From the NCBI GenBank assembly GCA_036261625.1, contig DATAKL010000064.1, positions 231 to 64,230 on the forward strand: a DNA stretch of 64,000 nucleotides. Direction: 5' to 3'. The notes beneath the pieces are model-generated. The model made no database searches. It saw only the letters and a program-made list of their open reading frames with translations, and was not told the DNA's origin. Below, in pieces: positions 27,350 through 37,445 of the stretch. Origin of the DNA: Ignavibacteriales bacterium. GTDB lineage: Bacteria > Bacteroidota > Ignavibacteria > Ignavibacteriales > SURF-24. The translations under genes were made by a program, and so were the position numbers. The stretch's first letter is position 1. Each line of letters opens with the position of its first letter.

Positions 27350-28138
27350 TTATTTGCCTGAAAATCTTGCCTTTCGTTTTTCGATGAATGCCCTGACACC
27401 CTCGGGGTAATCGTCCGTCATCCCTGCAAACTGCTGGAGCCTGGCTTCCAGCTCCAGCTGCGAATCGAGGTCGCTGTTAAATGAGCGGTTAAGTGCGCGC
27501 TTTATAAAGCCCAGGCTCTTTGTAGGCATTTCGGCAAGCCTTTTTGAAAGTGCCGTCGCCTCTTTAATGAGCACTTCGGGCTCAACTACCTTGTATATAA
27601 GACCAAGGTCAAAAGCCTCATAGCATGTGATCTTCTCTCCTAACATCATTAGAGCCGAAGCGCGGTGCAGGCCCGCCAGGCGGGGGAGGAAGAATGTGCC
27701 TCCGCTGTCGGGCAGAAGTCCCACGTTTATAAATGACTGTATGAAAGAAGCCATGCTAGAGGCCACAACAAAATCGCATGCAAGTGCAATGTTGGCTCCT
27801 GCACCTGCGGCCACACCGTTTACAGCGCAGACTACCGGCTTTTCGATGCAGCGGATCATTTTGATCAGGGGGTTATAAACCTCTTTAACCACAATTCCTG
27901 GATCAAGAAGCTTTCCTGTGCCGTCGGCGATTTCCTTAAGATCCTGTCCCGCGGAAAAAGCCTTTCCTTCGCCCGTAATCATTACTGCACGGACATTTTC
28001 ATTGTCCTTTGCAAGCTCCAGCGCCTTAAAAAGCTCCTGCGCCATCTCTCGGTTAAAGCTGTTGAGTACTTCCGGACGGTTTAAGGTCAGGAGTTTTATA
28101 GAATCTTCAATTTTATATTTTATAAACTTGTATTCCAT
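27350..28138 (-). CDS. paaG: Enoyl-CoA hydratase/isomerase, PaaG-like (1,2-epoxyphenylacetyl-CoA isomerase)
   Basis: 262 aa, collinear with E. coli PaaG (LNSFN, YNPL, KPVVCAVNGVAAGAGA, DYPEGVRAFIEKRKARFSGK). Confidence 0.8.
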   Translation of the reverse strand: MEYKFIKYKIEDSIKLLTLNRPEVLNSFNREMAQELFKALELAKDNENVRAVMITGEGKAFSAGQDLKEIADGTGKLLDPGIVVKEVYNPLIKMIRCIEKPVVCAVNGVAAGAGANIALACDFVVASSMASFIQSFINVGLLPDSGGTFFLPRLAGLHRASALMMLGEKITCYEAFDLGLIYKVVEPEVLIKEATALSKRLAEMPTKSLGFIKRALNRSFNSDLDSQLELEARLQQFAGMTDDYPEGVRAFIEKRKARFSGK

Positions 28139-28160
28139 TTAAGGCAGTCTCGGTGATTAT

Positions 28161-28652
28161 CTAAAAACGCTTAAAATATTCAAAAGGCTCTTTGCAGCTG
28201 TTGCAGAAGTAAAGTGCCTTGCACGCCGTGGAACCGAAGCGGCTTCTTAAGACCGTATCTCCAGAATCGCAGTACGGGCAGCTGACCTGATCTGTATTGA
28301 TCATAAGAGGAATGAACTCCTCAGCCTCCGATTTTGCAGGGGGAGCAATTCCGTAGTCTTTCAGTTTTCCTCTGGCTTCATCCGAAAGCCAGGTGGTTGT
28401 CCATACGGGTGAAAACACTGTTCTGATAAGTACATTATTAAACCCATGGGATTTTAGTGTGGAAATAATTTCATCCTGAATTGTCTTCATTGCCGGGCAG
28501 CCCGAGTATGTAGGGGTGATCGTGACTTCGAGGTCCTGGCCGGAGACTTCAACATCCCTTACAATTCCCAAATCCATAATGCTCAGTGCCGGCACTTCCG
28601 GATCCATGACTTCCATGAGGTATCCAAGTATTTCATCCTTTTCAGTTTTCAT
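28161..28652 (-). CDS. paaD: Phenylacetate-CoA oxygenase subunit PaaD
   Basis: 163 aa with an N-terminal DUF59-like region and a C-terminal CxxC...CxxC zinc ribbon, positioned after paaC. Confidence 0.8.
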   Translation of the reverse strand: MKTEKDEILGYLMEVMDPEVPALSIMDLGIVRDVEVSGQDLEVTITPTYSGCPAMKTIQDEIISTLKSHGFNNVLIRTVFSPVWTTTWLSDEARGKLKDYGIAPPAKSEAEEFIPLMINTDQVSCPYCDSGDTVLRSRFGSTACKALYFCNSCKEPFEYFKRF

Positions 28653-28683
28653 TTCATCGTATCCTTAATCTTTTTTTTTATAA

Positions 28684-29460
28684 TCACCATTTGGCTCCGG
28701 GGTAAGAGCGGGCGAGTATCTGCATTTCAGAAAGCAGGTGCCCCAGGTATTCGGTATGAATCCCTTTTCTTCCTCCTTTTGCCATGTACTCTTCTTCCAA
28801 AGGAATGATAAGTGTAGCCCTGGAAAGAACCTCAGCTATCCTTTCTTCCCAAAGCGGCTTTAATTTCCGGCCTTCAGGCACATAGCCCTCTTCAATAAGT
28901 ATCCTCCGGGTCCCTTCATCTAAGAACATTTCGCCCGTATACATCCACAGTTCATCAATTGCGTGCTGCATCCTCACGTGGCTTTCTTCTGTCCCGTCGC
29001 CAAGCCTTAAGACCCACTCTGCGGAATGCCTCAGGTGATAGCGTACTTCCTTGAGTGCCTTGGCTGCAATTGCGGCAAGTTTTGCCTGACGGCTTTTCTG
29101 CAGTTCGCCGAACAAAATAAAACTGTAGGAGGTGAAGAAAAACTGCCGGGCCATTGTAAAGGCAAAGTCGCCAATGGGAAGCTCGGTTATCTGGAAGTTC
29201 TTAAACTCAATGGCATCGCGGAAGAAAGCCAGGTCATCTTCCGAGCGTCCCCTGGCCTCCACTTCCGCTGCATACTGCAGGAATGCGTTTGCCTGACCCA
29301 GACAGTCGAGAGCAATATTGCTTAAGGCGATGTCCTCTTCAATTACAGGGGCATGTCCCGACCACTCGGAGAGCCTGTGCCCTAATATAAGACGGTCGTC
29401 ACCCAGGCCGAGCAGGAAATTAAAAAGTGCGGTATTAAGATTATCCTCATTATCATTCAT
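28684..29460 (-). CDS. paaC: Phenylacetate-CoA oxygenase subunit PaaC
   Basis: 258 aa, ferritin-like, overlapping paaB by 4 nt. Confidence 0.8.
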   Translation of the reverse strand: MNDNEDNLNTALFNFLLGLGDDRLILGHRLSEWSGHAPVIEEDIALSNIALDCLGQANAFLQYAAEVEARGRSEDDLAFFRDAIEFKNFQITELPIGDFAFTMARQFFFTSYSFILFGELQKSRQAKLAAIAAKALKEVRYHLRHSAEWVLRLGDGTEESHVRMQHAIDELWMYTGEMFLDEGTRRILIEEGYVPEGRKLKPLWEERIAEVLSRATLIIPLEEEYMAKGGRKGIHTEYLGHLLSEMQILARSYPGAKW

Positions 29461-29756
29461 ACGCCTCTGACTCCTTTGGGTACTTTATAGAACTGCGGGT
29501 ATCGGTAGACCTTATCGTCTGCAGGATCGAAAAACGAATCGTTGTCTGAAGGGGTGGTGGCTGTTATATCCTCTGAAGGAACAACCCAGATGCTTCTTAC
29601 AGGACCGCGCCTGGCGTAAACGTCGCGTGCATTCTGAATGGCCATTTCAGCATCTGCTGCGTGCAGACTTCCGGCATGTATGTGAGGCCCGCCCGACTCC
29701 TCCTGCAGGAACACTTCCCAGAGTGCCCATTGCGTATCGCTGCTGCTAAACGGCAT
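29457..29756 (-). CDS. paaB: Phenylacetate-CoA oxygenase subunit PaaB
   Basis: 99 aa. Size, position and the WEVF...HAGSLHA pattern fit PaaB. Confidence 0.8.
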   Translation of the reverse strand: MPFSSSDTQWALWEVFLQEESGGPHIHAGSLHAADAEMAIQNARDVYARRGPVRSIWVVPSEDITATTPSDNDSFFDPADDKVYRYPQFYKVPKGVRGV

Positions 29757-29813
29757 TTATCCCTCTTATTATTTTTTTCCAAGTCAGAATTAAAATTCAA
29801 GCCAGGGTAATAT

Positions 29814-30746
29814 TCAAGCCAGCATTTTTCTTTTTTCGGCGTAAGCCTCAGCCGCGGCTCTTACCCATTCGCCGTCTCTATGGGCTTCGCGCCTAGCCCT
29901 CAGGCGTTCGCGGTTATAAGGCCCGCGCCCGCTTATAACCTCAAAGAACTCCTTCCAGTCGAGCGCCCCATACTCCCAGTGCCCGGTCTCTTCATTATAT
30001 TTAAGATCGGGATCGGGGAGGCTGAGTCCAACGGCCTGAGCCTGCGGGACCGTAAGATCCACGAAGCGCTGCCGTAATTCCTCGTTCGACTTAAGCTTTA
30101 TTTTCCATTTCAGGAGTTCGGCGCTGTTGGGTGAATCCTTATCTCCCGGGCCGAACATCATAAGAGAAGGTTTCCACCAGCGGTTTACGGCATCCTGCGC
30201 CATCTGTTTCTGTTCAGGGGTGCCCTGGGCAAGTACGGTAATAATTTCAAAGCCCTGTTTTTTATGGAAGCTTTCTTCCTTGCAGATCCTTAAGTTTGCC
30301 CTTGCATAAGGCCCGTAGGAGCATTTGGCCAGCATGGTCTGGTTTACAATTGCCGCGCCGTCTACAAACCATCCTATTGTCCCCATATCCGCCCAGGTAA
30401 GTGTGGGGTAATTAAAGATGGAGGAATACTTTGCTTTTCCCGTAAGGAGCTGGTCTATAAGCTCGCTTCTTTCAATGCCGAGCGTTTCGGCTGCACTGTA
30501 AAGGTAAAGCCCATGGCCTGCCTCATCCTGAACCTTGGCCAGGAGAATCATCTTGCGTCTTAAGCTTGGTGCGCGTGTAATCCAGTTGCCTTCGGGAAGC
30601 ATGCCTACAATTTCAGAATGGGCGTGCTGTGAGATCATTCGGATAAGCTGTTTGCGGTAGCCTTCCGGCATCCAGTCCTTGGGTTCAATGGTTTCTCCGG
30701 CACTGATTTTGGCTTCAAATGCCTGAAGTTTTACTTCGTCGGTCAT
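29814..30746 (-). CDS. paaA: Phenylacetate-CoA oxygenase catalytic subunit PaaA
   Basis: 310 aa di-iron ferritin-like oxygenase ([15 protein letters not shown]), first gene of the cluster. Confidence 0.85.
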   Translation of the reverse strand: MTDEVKLQAFEAKISAGETIEPKDWMPEGYRKQLIRMISQHAHSEIVGMLPEGNWITRAPSLRRKMILLAKVQDEAGHGLYLYSAAETLGIERSELIDQLLTGKAKYSSIFNYPTLTWADMGTIGWFVDGAAIVNQTMLAKCSYGPYARANLRICKEESFHKKQGFEIITVLAQGTPEQKQMAQDAVNRWWKPSLMMFGPGDKDSPNSAELLKWKIKLKSNEELRQRFVDLTVPQAQAVGLSLPDPDLKYNEETGHWEYGALDWKEFFEVISGRGPYNRERLRARREAHRDGEWVRAAAEAYAEKRKMLA

Positions 30747-30859
30747 AGTTTCTCTTTCTCAGGAAAGAATTGATTTTGCCCTCGCTATGAAAATAATCTA
30801 TACAAAAACGTGCTTAAAGGCAAGGTGAAGTAAAAGTGCGGAATTAGTGCTTAAAAAGG

Positions 30860-31489
30860 TTATTTTTTCTCGAAATGCTGGTAATCCTTTGTGCTTTTCC
30901 AGGTGGCGCCCCATTTCCAGCCGTGCCTGGTGAAGGCCTTTACAACAGCTGAAGATGGAGTAATTGTGCCGGGGACTTTAGGATCGTACTTTGACCCCGG
31001 CGGGGAGGCTTTCCCGTTCCGGATCTGCGGGTTCTCTATAGGATTTATGTCAATTGCGCGCCCCGTGGAGTGGGGAGACATTATCTTTGTCCCCTTAACA
31101 AGCCGGTAATTAAAGGCTGAGGTATTATTATTGGCCATGGAAAGGGAGTCGGACCAGTTATACTTTGCTATGGGAATTACCCTGGCTATAGGGAACCTGC
31201 TTTCTTGAATTTCACGGAATATGTCCTCTATCTCGCCGGCCAGGTCGGTGCGGATAAGAACCTGTCCTGCGTGGAGCTTTCCGTCGAATGAGTAGTAATT
31301 AACATCTACCAGGGTTAGATTTTTCCGGATGCGGGAAGGGATATTAATTCCTGACAAGGCCTCCTTAAGCGTCATCCTGCTGTCTGTGACGGTTTTATTC
31401 TGCTGAGCCCCGCTCAGGCTTAAATCATCATGTGAAAAGGATGAGGCAGACAGCAAAATCAGAAGTATGTAATAAACTACTGCTTTCAT
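30860..31489 (-). CDS. M15 family metallopeptidase (VanY / D-Ala-D-Ala carboxypeptidase-like), secreted
   Basis: 209 aa with a signal peptide. HSTGRAIDINP and a C-terminal DYQHFE provide the H-x-D...H zinc ligands. Confidence 0.7.
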   Translation of the reverse strand: MKAVVYYILLILLSASSFSHDDLSLSGAQQNKTVTDSRMTLKEALSGINIPSRIRKNLTLVDVNYYSFDGKLHAGQVLIRTDLAGEIEDIFREIQESRFPIARVIPIAKYNWSDSLSMANNNTSAFNYRLVKGTKIMSPHSTGRAIDINPIENPQIRNGKASPPGSKYDPKVPGTITPSSAVVKAFTRHGWKWGATWKSTKDYQHFEKK

Positions 31490-31654
31490 ATAACCTTTTT
31501 AATATTTCGCGCACATAGCAACCTTTTCGCCGGCGCTAATTTCATTCCTTGATTATAGTTTAATATGAATTAAATTATATAAATAAGCTATTAATTCAGC
31601 GCCGGCAATTATAAAAGTAAGTATTTTTTATTAAAACTGTCAAAGGAGGTCCCC

Positions 31655-31804
31655 ATGCTCTGGACTATTTTTGTAGTTCTGCTCGTATTATGGATTTTAG
31701 GACTTGTAAGCGGCTATACTCTGGGAGGTTTTATACATATTCTATTAATTATTGCCGTTGTAGCCCTTCTGATAAGAATTATACAGGGCAGAAGCGTTTT
31801 GTAA
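31655..31804 (+). CDS. lmo0937-family small membrane protein (49 aa)
   Basis: Not in the ORF track. MLWTIFVVLLVLWILGLVSGYTLGGFIHILLIIAVVALLIRIIQGRSVL matches the family pattern I recall. AAGGAGG RBS upstream and a terminator downstream. Confidence 0.75.
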   Translation: MLWTIFVVLLVLWILGLVSGYTLGGFIHILLIIAVVALLIRIIQGRSVL

Positions 31805-31820
31805 AATAACGAGAAACTGC

Positions 31821-31866
31821 AAAAAGCCGGCATGGGAAAAGGATTCCAGCCGGCTTTTTTTTTTTT
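31821..31866 (+). terminator. Rho-independent terminator
   Basis: agccggc/gccggct stem followed by a 12-nt T-run. Confidence 0.65.
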
Positions 31867-31900
31867 GACAACAGACCAGATGAAAGAATAAAGAGAAGTT

Positions 31901-32986
31901 ATGAGTATATTAAGTAAAATCAGCAGAACCACGCTGATCGTAATTATAAGCATTGTTGTTCTTCTTGTAGCCATACGCATTGCACTGCCGCACATAATTA
32001 AATATGAAGTCAATAAAAAGTTAAATGAACTTCCTGACTATTCAGGGCATATTGATGACGTGGATCTGCACATCTACCGGGGAGCATACGCAATTAACGG
32101 CGTGGAAATAAAGAAAAGAAACGGCAAAGTAGCCGAACCGTTCTTTTCAGCAGGAACTATGGAATTCAGCGTTGAGTGGAAACAGCTCTTCCACGGCCAT
32201 CTGGTTGCAGAGATCTGGATCTACCACCCTATGGTTAACTTTGTGGAGGGGCCTACCAAGGCACAGAGCCAGACTACAGCCGATAAAAGGTGGCAGGATA
32301 AGGTAAAGGACCTTTTTCCTTTGAAAATAAACAGCTTTAAGATTGTTGACGGGGAAGTCCACTTCCGCAACCCGTACAGCGATCCCAAGGTGGACGTCTA
32401 TGTGCGCGATTTGCAGGTAACGGCAACAAACCTTACAAACAGCCTGAAAGTTGCCAAGACCCTGGCCGCCGATATGGAGGCCACGGGCACCATAATGGGC
32501 TCGGGAAGGTTTAAGATAAACGTTAAGCTCGATCCTTACAACCCGAAGCCAACGTTTGATCTTGCCATGCAGCTTACGAATGTAAGTCTGGTAAAGCTGA
32601 ACGATTTCCTGAGGGCATATGCAAAATTCGACGTGCATAAGGGCACTTTCAGCATGTACAGTGAAGTAGCTGCAAAGGACGGCAGGTATGAGGGATACAT
32701 AAAGCCGCTTCTGAAGGATGTGGAAGTAGTGAAATGGAAAGAAGACATCAAAAAACCGTTTTTTGAGCTGGCCTGGAAAGTTGTAGTAGGTGCGGTTAAA
32801 GACATATTTACCAATCCCCCAAAGGAGCAGGTCGCTACCAGAGTACCCTTCAGCGGAAGCTTCGAAGGTACAAACGTGGGCATCTGGCCGACAATCTGGG
32901 AGCTGATCAAAAATGCCTTCATACAGGCCCTCATGCCGGGCCTTGACAAAACGATCAGTATGAAGGACGTATCCAACAAGAAGTGA
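31901..32986 (+). CDS. Membrane-anchored DUF748/AsmA-like protein
   Basis: 361 aa with an N-terminal TM anchor and a beta-rich repeat body. The DUF748 assignment is from memory of the family pattern. Confidence 0.5.
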   Translation: MSILSKISRTTLIVIISIVVLLVAIRIALPHIIKYEVNKKLNELPDYSGHIDDVDLHIYRGAYAINGVEIKKRNGKVAEPFFSAGTMEFSVEWKQLFHGHLVAEIWIYHPMVNFVEGPTKAQSQTTADKRWQDKVKDLFPLKINSFKIVDGEVHFRNPYSDPKVDVYVRDLQVTATNLTNSLKVAKTLAADMEATGTIMGSGRFKINVKLDPYNPKPTFDLAMQLTNVSLVKLNDFLRAYAKFDVHKGTFSMYSEVAAKDGRYEGYIKPLLKDVEVVKWKEDIKKPFFELAWKVVVGAVKDIFTNPPKEQVATRVPFSGSFEGTNVGIWPTIWELIKNAFIQALMPGLDKTISMKDVSNKK

Positions 32987-32988
32987 GG

Positions 32989-33138
32989 TACGTTCGACGT
33001 TCAACGTTCGACGTTCAACGGGAAGACAGGACCGGGTTAGGGGATTTAGATATTAATAAAATTTAACTGTAGTATTGCCGAAGAAGAGTTTTTGCCCCTG
33101 CTTTCAAACGTCGAACGTTGAACGTTGAACGTTGAACC
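32989..33138. repeat. Element D: inverted repeat built from tandem CGTTCGACGTTCAA / CGTTGAA units
   Basis: The left block (32990-33020) and right block (33107-33138) are reverse-complementary: gacgttcaacgttcgacg vs cgtcgaacgttgaacgtt. The centre contains GGGTTAGGGGATTTAG. Confidence 0.7.
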
Positions 33139-33225
33139 TTCATCCTTGGACTTTGCCCTCGTAAATCCTGCCGGATTTTCTTATATTTACATTCTTTAAT
33201 AACTAAAATTTAAGCGAAGAGTTTT

Positions 33226-35820
33226 ATGACCTCAGCAGAAACCAGACAACAGTTTTTGGATTTTTTTAAGAGCAAGGGGCACCGCATAGTCCCAAGCGCT
33301 CCTGTAGTGCCGTTTGACGACCCGACACTCCTTTTTACAAATGCGGGCATGAACCAGTTTAAGGATGTCTTCCTCGGCGTGGGAACCAGGGAATATAAGC
33401 GCGCAGCCGATACTCAGAAGTGCATCAGGGTAAGCGGAAAGCATAACGACCTTGAAGAAGTAGGCCACGATACCTACCACCATACATTCTTTGAAATGCT
33501 CGGCAACTGGTCCTTCGGCGACTATTATAAAAAAGAAGCAATCAAATGGGCTTGGGAACTTTTGACCGAAGTCTGGAAACTCCCAAAGGAAAGACTCTGG
33601 GCAACCGTATACAAGACTGACGATGAAGCCCTCGAGATCTGGAAGACTGAAACTGACATTAACCCCAGCCACATACTCCCTTTCGGCGAAAAGGACAACT
33701 TCTGGGAGATGGGCGAAACTGGCCCGTGCGGACCCTGCTCTGAAATCCATATAAATTTAAGTGACGACTACGAAAACCCCAAGTACGTCAATGCCGGCGT
33801 GCCGGAATGCATTGAAATCTGGAACCTGGTGTTTATTCAGTATAACAGGAACAGCGACGGGGAGCTTCAGGATCTTCCGGCAAAACACGTGGATACCGGA
33901 ATGGGCTTTGAGAGGATCTGCGCCGTTCTGCAGAAAAAAGGCTCCAATTACGATACCGATGTATTTGCGCCTATTATCAATAAAATTGCAAAAATGTCGG
34001 GCGTAAAGTACGACACCGAAGAAAACAAGATCCCGATGAGGGTAATTGCAGACCACGTAAGGACACTCTCCTTTGCGATTGCCGACGGCGCCGTTCCGGG
34101 TAACGACGGGCGCGGCTATGTATTAAGAAGAATCCTAAGAAGAGCCGCCCGCTACGGACGCAAGCTGGGGCTTAACAAGCCTTTTATATTCCAGCTCGTT
34201 CCGGTACTTAGTGAGCATATGTCGGCCGTGTTCCCCGAACTTAAGCAGAAGCAGTCTCACATTGAAAAGATCATTAAGGCTGAGGAAGAAAGCTTCAATA
34301 CAACGCTCGACAGGGGAATTGAGCTTTTTGAAAAAATTGCAGAGAAGGTTACCTCTTCAGGCGGAAACGTAATCTCGGGCGAAGACCTGTTTATGCTTTA
34401 CGACACTTACGGATTCCCGGTGGATCTTACAAACGTGATGGCAAAAGAAAGAAATCTTTCCATAGATGAAGACCGTTTCAACATTCTTATGGAAGAGCAG
34501 CGCGCAAGAGCCCGGGAATCCACAAAGGACAAGTTTGCTTCCGTAAGCGCTGTTATTAACGACGTGGAATCATTTGAAATAGATGAACAGGAAAAGCCCC
34601 TCTTCGTGGGATACGAAAACCTTTATGTGGATGCAAAAATTATAGGGCACAGAAGAGAAGGCAACAGCGAGCTTATAATACTTGACCGCACGCCATTTTA
34701 CGTGGAGTCGGGCGGACAGATAAGCGATGTGGGCTGGATTGAATTCCCGGATCAGAAGAAGAAATTTGAAGTGGATAATATTTCCAAGGTTTATAACATC
34801 ATAGTTCATGCGCTGGATGCCCGTGAGATAGATTTCCCGATTGAAAAGGGAATGAGGGTTAGAGCCGTGGTGGATCAGGACAGAAGATGGGATATAATGA
34901 GAAATCATTCGGCCACACACCTTCTTCATGCGGCTTTAAGAAGAGTCCTGGGCGAGCACGTTCGCCAGGCAGGCTCATACGTAGGTCCCGACCGACTGAG
35001 GTTCGACTTTGCTCATTATGCAAAGATGAGCGAAGAGGAAATCAAAAAAGTTGAGGCTATTGTCAATGAACAGATAAGAAGAAATATACGCCACCTGCCA
35101 CACAGGGCAATTCCATTCGAAGAAGCAAAGAAGATGGGAGCCCTCATGTTCTTCGGCGACAAGTACGGCGACCGCGTGAACGTTGTGGAATTTGAAGGCG
35201 CAAGCATGGAATTCTGCGGCGGCACGCATGTAAACAACACGGCTGAAATCGGATTATTCAAGATTGTAAATGAAACTTCCATTGCAAGCGGCATAAGAAG
35301 AATTGAAGCCGTTACGGGCAAGGGCGTTGAAGAATTCATTAATGAGCAGGAAGAAAATCTTAAGAAGGAAGAAGAAAAGATTACTCAGCTTATAGAAGAA
35401 AAGAAGAAGCTGGAAAAAGAGCTGGCTGAGGTCACCTTCAAGGCAAAGCTCGGGAAGCTGGATAGTGTGCTCAATTCGCCAGTTGACGTTGACGGCATAA
35501 GACTTTTCAAAGGCAGAGTTGAGGCCTCAAACATGGATGAGTTAAAAGGTTTCGGCGATGAGCTGCGTGAAAAGATGCGTGATGCCGTGGGAGTCTTAAT
35601 TAGTGAAATGGACGGTAAAGTTGGCATTGTATGCGTCGTTTCAGACGGGCTTATAAGAGATAAAAAACTTGCAGCGGGTAAAATTGTTGGCGAGCTTGCA
35701 AAGCTTGTCGGCGGCGGCGGCGGCGGACGCCCTCACCTTGCAACCGCAGGCGGCAAGGACGTGACCAAAATAGACGAAGCCTTAAAGCAGACCAACGACA
35801 TCATAAAGAAGATGCTCTAA
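33226..35820 (+). CDS. alaS: Alanine--tRNA ligase
   Basis: 864 aa with an N-terminal class II AlaRS core (FTNAGMNQFK, HHTFFEMLGN), the editing-domain HSATHLLH motif and a C-terminal GGGGGRP DHHA1 motif. Confidence 0.95.
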   Translation: MTSAETRQQFLDFFKSKGHRIVPSAPVVPFDDPTLLFTNAGMNQFKDVFLGVGTREYKRAADTQKCIRVSGKHNDLEEVGHDTYHHTFFEMLGNWSFGDYYKKEAIKWAWELLTEVWKLPKERLWATVYKTDDEALEIWKTETDINPSHILPFGEKDNFWEMGETGPCGPCSEIHINLSDDYENPKYVNAGVPECIEIWNLVFIQYNRNSDGELQDLPAKHVDTGMGFERICAVLQKKGSNYDTDVFAPIINKIAKMSGVKYDTEENKIPMRVIADHVRTLSFAIADGAVPGNDGRGYVLRRILRRAARYGRKLGLNKPFIFQLVPVLSEHMSAVFPELKQKQSHIEKIIKAEEESFNTTLDRGIELFEKIAEKVTSSGGNVISGEDLFMLYDTYGFPVDLTNVMAKERNLSIDEDRFNILMEEQRARARESTKDKFASVSAVINDVESFEIDEQEKPLFVGYENLYVDAKIIGHRREGNSELIILDRTPFYVESGGQISDVGWIEFPDQKKKFEVDNISKVYNIIVHALDAREIDFPIEKGMRVRAVVDQDRRWDIMRNHSATHLLHAALRRVLGEHVRQAGSYVGPDRLRFDFAHYAKMSEEEIKKVEAIVNEQIRRNIRHLPHRAIPFEEAKKMGALMFFGDKYGDRVNVVEFEGASMEFCGGTHVNNTAEIGLFKIVNETSIASGIRRIEAVTGKGVEEFINEQEENLKKEEEKITQLIEEKKKLEKELAEVTFKAKLGKLDSVLNSPVDVDGIRLFKGRVEASNMDELKGFGDELREKMRDAVGVLISEMDGKVGIVCVVSDGLIRDKKLAAGKIVGELAKLVGGGGGGRPHLATAGGKDVTKIDEALKQTNDIIKKML

Positions 35821-35845
35821 CCTCGCTTAGAGCCATATAAAAATC

Positions 35846-35885
35846 AGCCCCGCTTTACACCTTAAGGCTAAGGCGGGGCTTTTTC
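35846..35885 (+). terminator. Rho-independent terminator after alaS
   Basis: agccccgc/gcggggct stem followed by TTTTT. Confidence 0.6.
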
Positions 35886-36239
35886 TAATCCTATCCGATT
35901 CAGACCTTATGTGCAAGTTTAACATAATCATCATATAGGGTTGCTTTCAAATGCTGTGGTCAGCTGTTTCGTGTTTCGATTGCACAATAAATAAAATTTA
36001 AAGAATTAGCGAAAAAATATTTTATTTCTTTCTTGACAGAGAATATTTAATACGTTAACTTAAATACCAGTCAGACAAAAGAACTGTTTTAGGATAACCG
36101 AAGTAAATATTTTCCAATTAGAAAAATTTTTTAAAAATTGATTTGTTAAAGAATTTTGTCTGGCACCTTCTGTGTTACAAATATTCCAAGTTCTGTTTTG
36201 TTATTTCTGATGATCCTTAAATTCTATTATAAATATTCC

Positions 36240-37361
36240 ATGGATCTTTTGATGAAACAGATTAAACGGACTCTAAAAGTAGCCTTCTTTTACCTGCCGA
36301 TGCTTATCTTTAATTCTTGTAAAGACGACTCCATTACAAGTGATTTTATCGATGGGTCCAGAATGCTCGTATATGCCCGCGCAAGAAATGAAATGTATTC
36401 AGTTGACGTTAATACATTTCAATTAAAAGAAACAATTCCGCTTAATATGCCGGGACAGAGAAATTTAATTTTAGAACTGCCATGTATATCGACCGATCGA
36501 AGTCATTTGATTTTCAGCGGTAAAGATGAAACAGACCCTCAGATAGTCCATTACCTTCTGAGCTTTAATTTAGCTAAAAAGAAATTTGATGATGTTTTCA
36601 AAACAGGTTTATATGCAACAGGTGCAGAAAGAGTATTTGCAGCACAGAATAAGATTGAACCCGGACTATTCTACTTTTACAGTCAAAATAACGGCCTGTT
36701 TGCTTTCGATTACCTTCGGGAGAAATTAGTTAATACTTATTTCAATGAACGCAGATTCTCGGAACAAAGGGAATTTTATTTATCTCCTGATGGAAACCAT
36801 GTGGTTGTAAGTGTGACTTATGGAACACAAAGTCCTATTTACACAGAAGTTTATTTCTTTAACACTCAGAAAGGCTTAAAGGACCCAGAATTTATTCTGA
36901 ACGAAAAAAATAAAGACCAGATATATATAGACGACCTGCAGTTTAGTGAAGACGGGCAGAAGCTATATCTTTCATTTATGAATTCTAGCAATGAGCGTCC
37001 AAGGAATAGTTTCATAGGCTATTATGACTTAAATGCAAAATCTCTGCATACTTTTCCGGTTAACCTTCCCTGGAGCATTAACCCATACTACATAGCCTAC
37101 AATGAAAAGCGGCATGAGATCTATACAAATGGAGCATATGACAAGTTATATGTAATAGATGCGGATCATGAACAGATAACCGGAGAAATTCATCTGGGGG
37201 GGAAACAGAATGGACCATCATCCATTCTGGTAAGAAGTGACGGGAAGATAGTCTTTGTAAGCTGTGCCGATAGTGACTTTATTGCAGTTGTTGATCCGGA
37301 AAAAGGAAGCATGATACAGAAAATATCTTTGACGCATCCATATCTCATGATTATCCCATAG
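36240..37361 (+). CDS. Lipoprotein, YncE/YVTN-like beta-propeller (hypothetical)
   Basis: I place the start at ATG 36240 or 36252, giving a signal peptide with an FNSC lipobox. The C-terminal repeats of the form LYVIDADHEQITGEI / FIAVVDPEKGSMI are typical of YVTN propeller blades. Confidence 0.55.
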   Translation: MDLLMKQIKRTLKVAFFYLPMLIFNSCKDDSITSDFIDGSRMLVYARARNEMYSVDVNTFQLKETIPLNMPGQRNLILELPCISTDRSHLIFSGKDETDPQIVHYLLSFNLAKKKFDDVFKTGLYATGAERVFAAQNKIEPGLFYFYSQNNGLFAFDYLREKLVNTYFNERRFSEQREFYLSPDGNHVVVSVTYGTQSPIYTEVYFFNTQKGLKDPEFILNEKNKDQIYIDDLQFSEDGQKLYLSFMNSSNERPRNSFIGYYDLNAKSLHTFPVNLPWSINPYYIAYNEKRHEIYTNGAYDKLYVIDADHEQITGEIHLGGKQNGPSSILVRSDGKIVFVSCADSDFIAVVDPEKGSMIQKISLTHPYLMIIP

Positions 37362-37445
37362 TGAGTAACGAGTGAAATAAAATCCAAATTACTTTGAGAG
37401 TAATGGCATAATTATTTCAGTACAATTCACTTATTAGGAGGTATT

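Noticed and set aside
32147-33004. 285-aa minus-strand ORF antisense to the DUF748-like gene.
   Set aside because: The plus-strand ORF has a clear TM anchor and repeat architecture. The minus-strand translation is Cys/His/Arg-rich with no RBS or motifs, so I treat it as a shadow ORF.
36160-36175. Sigma-54-like -24/-12 promoter (TGGCACCTTCTGTGTT) upstream of the lipoprotein gene. It was considered because rpoN is in the window.
   Set aside because: The -12 element reads GTGT instead of TTGC. Only the GG and one G match, so it is too weak to call.
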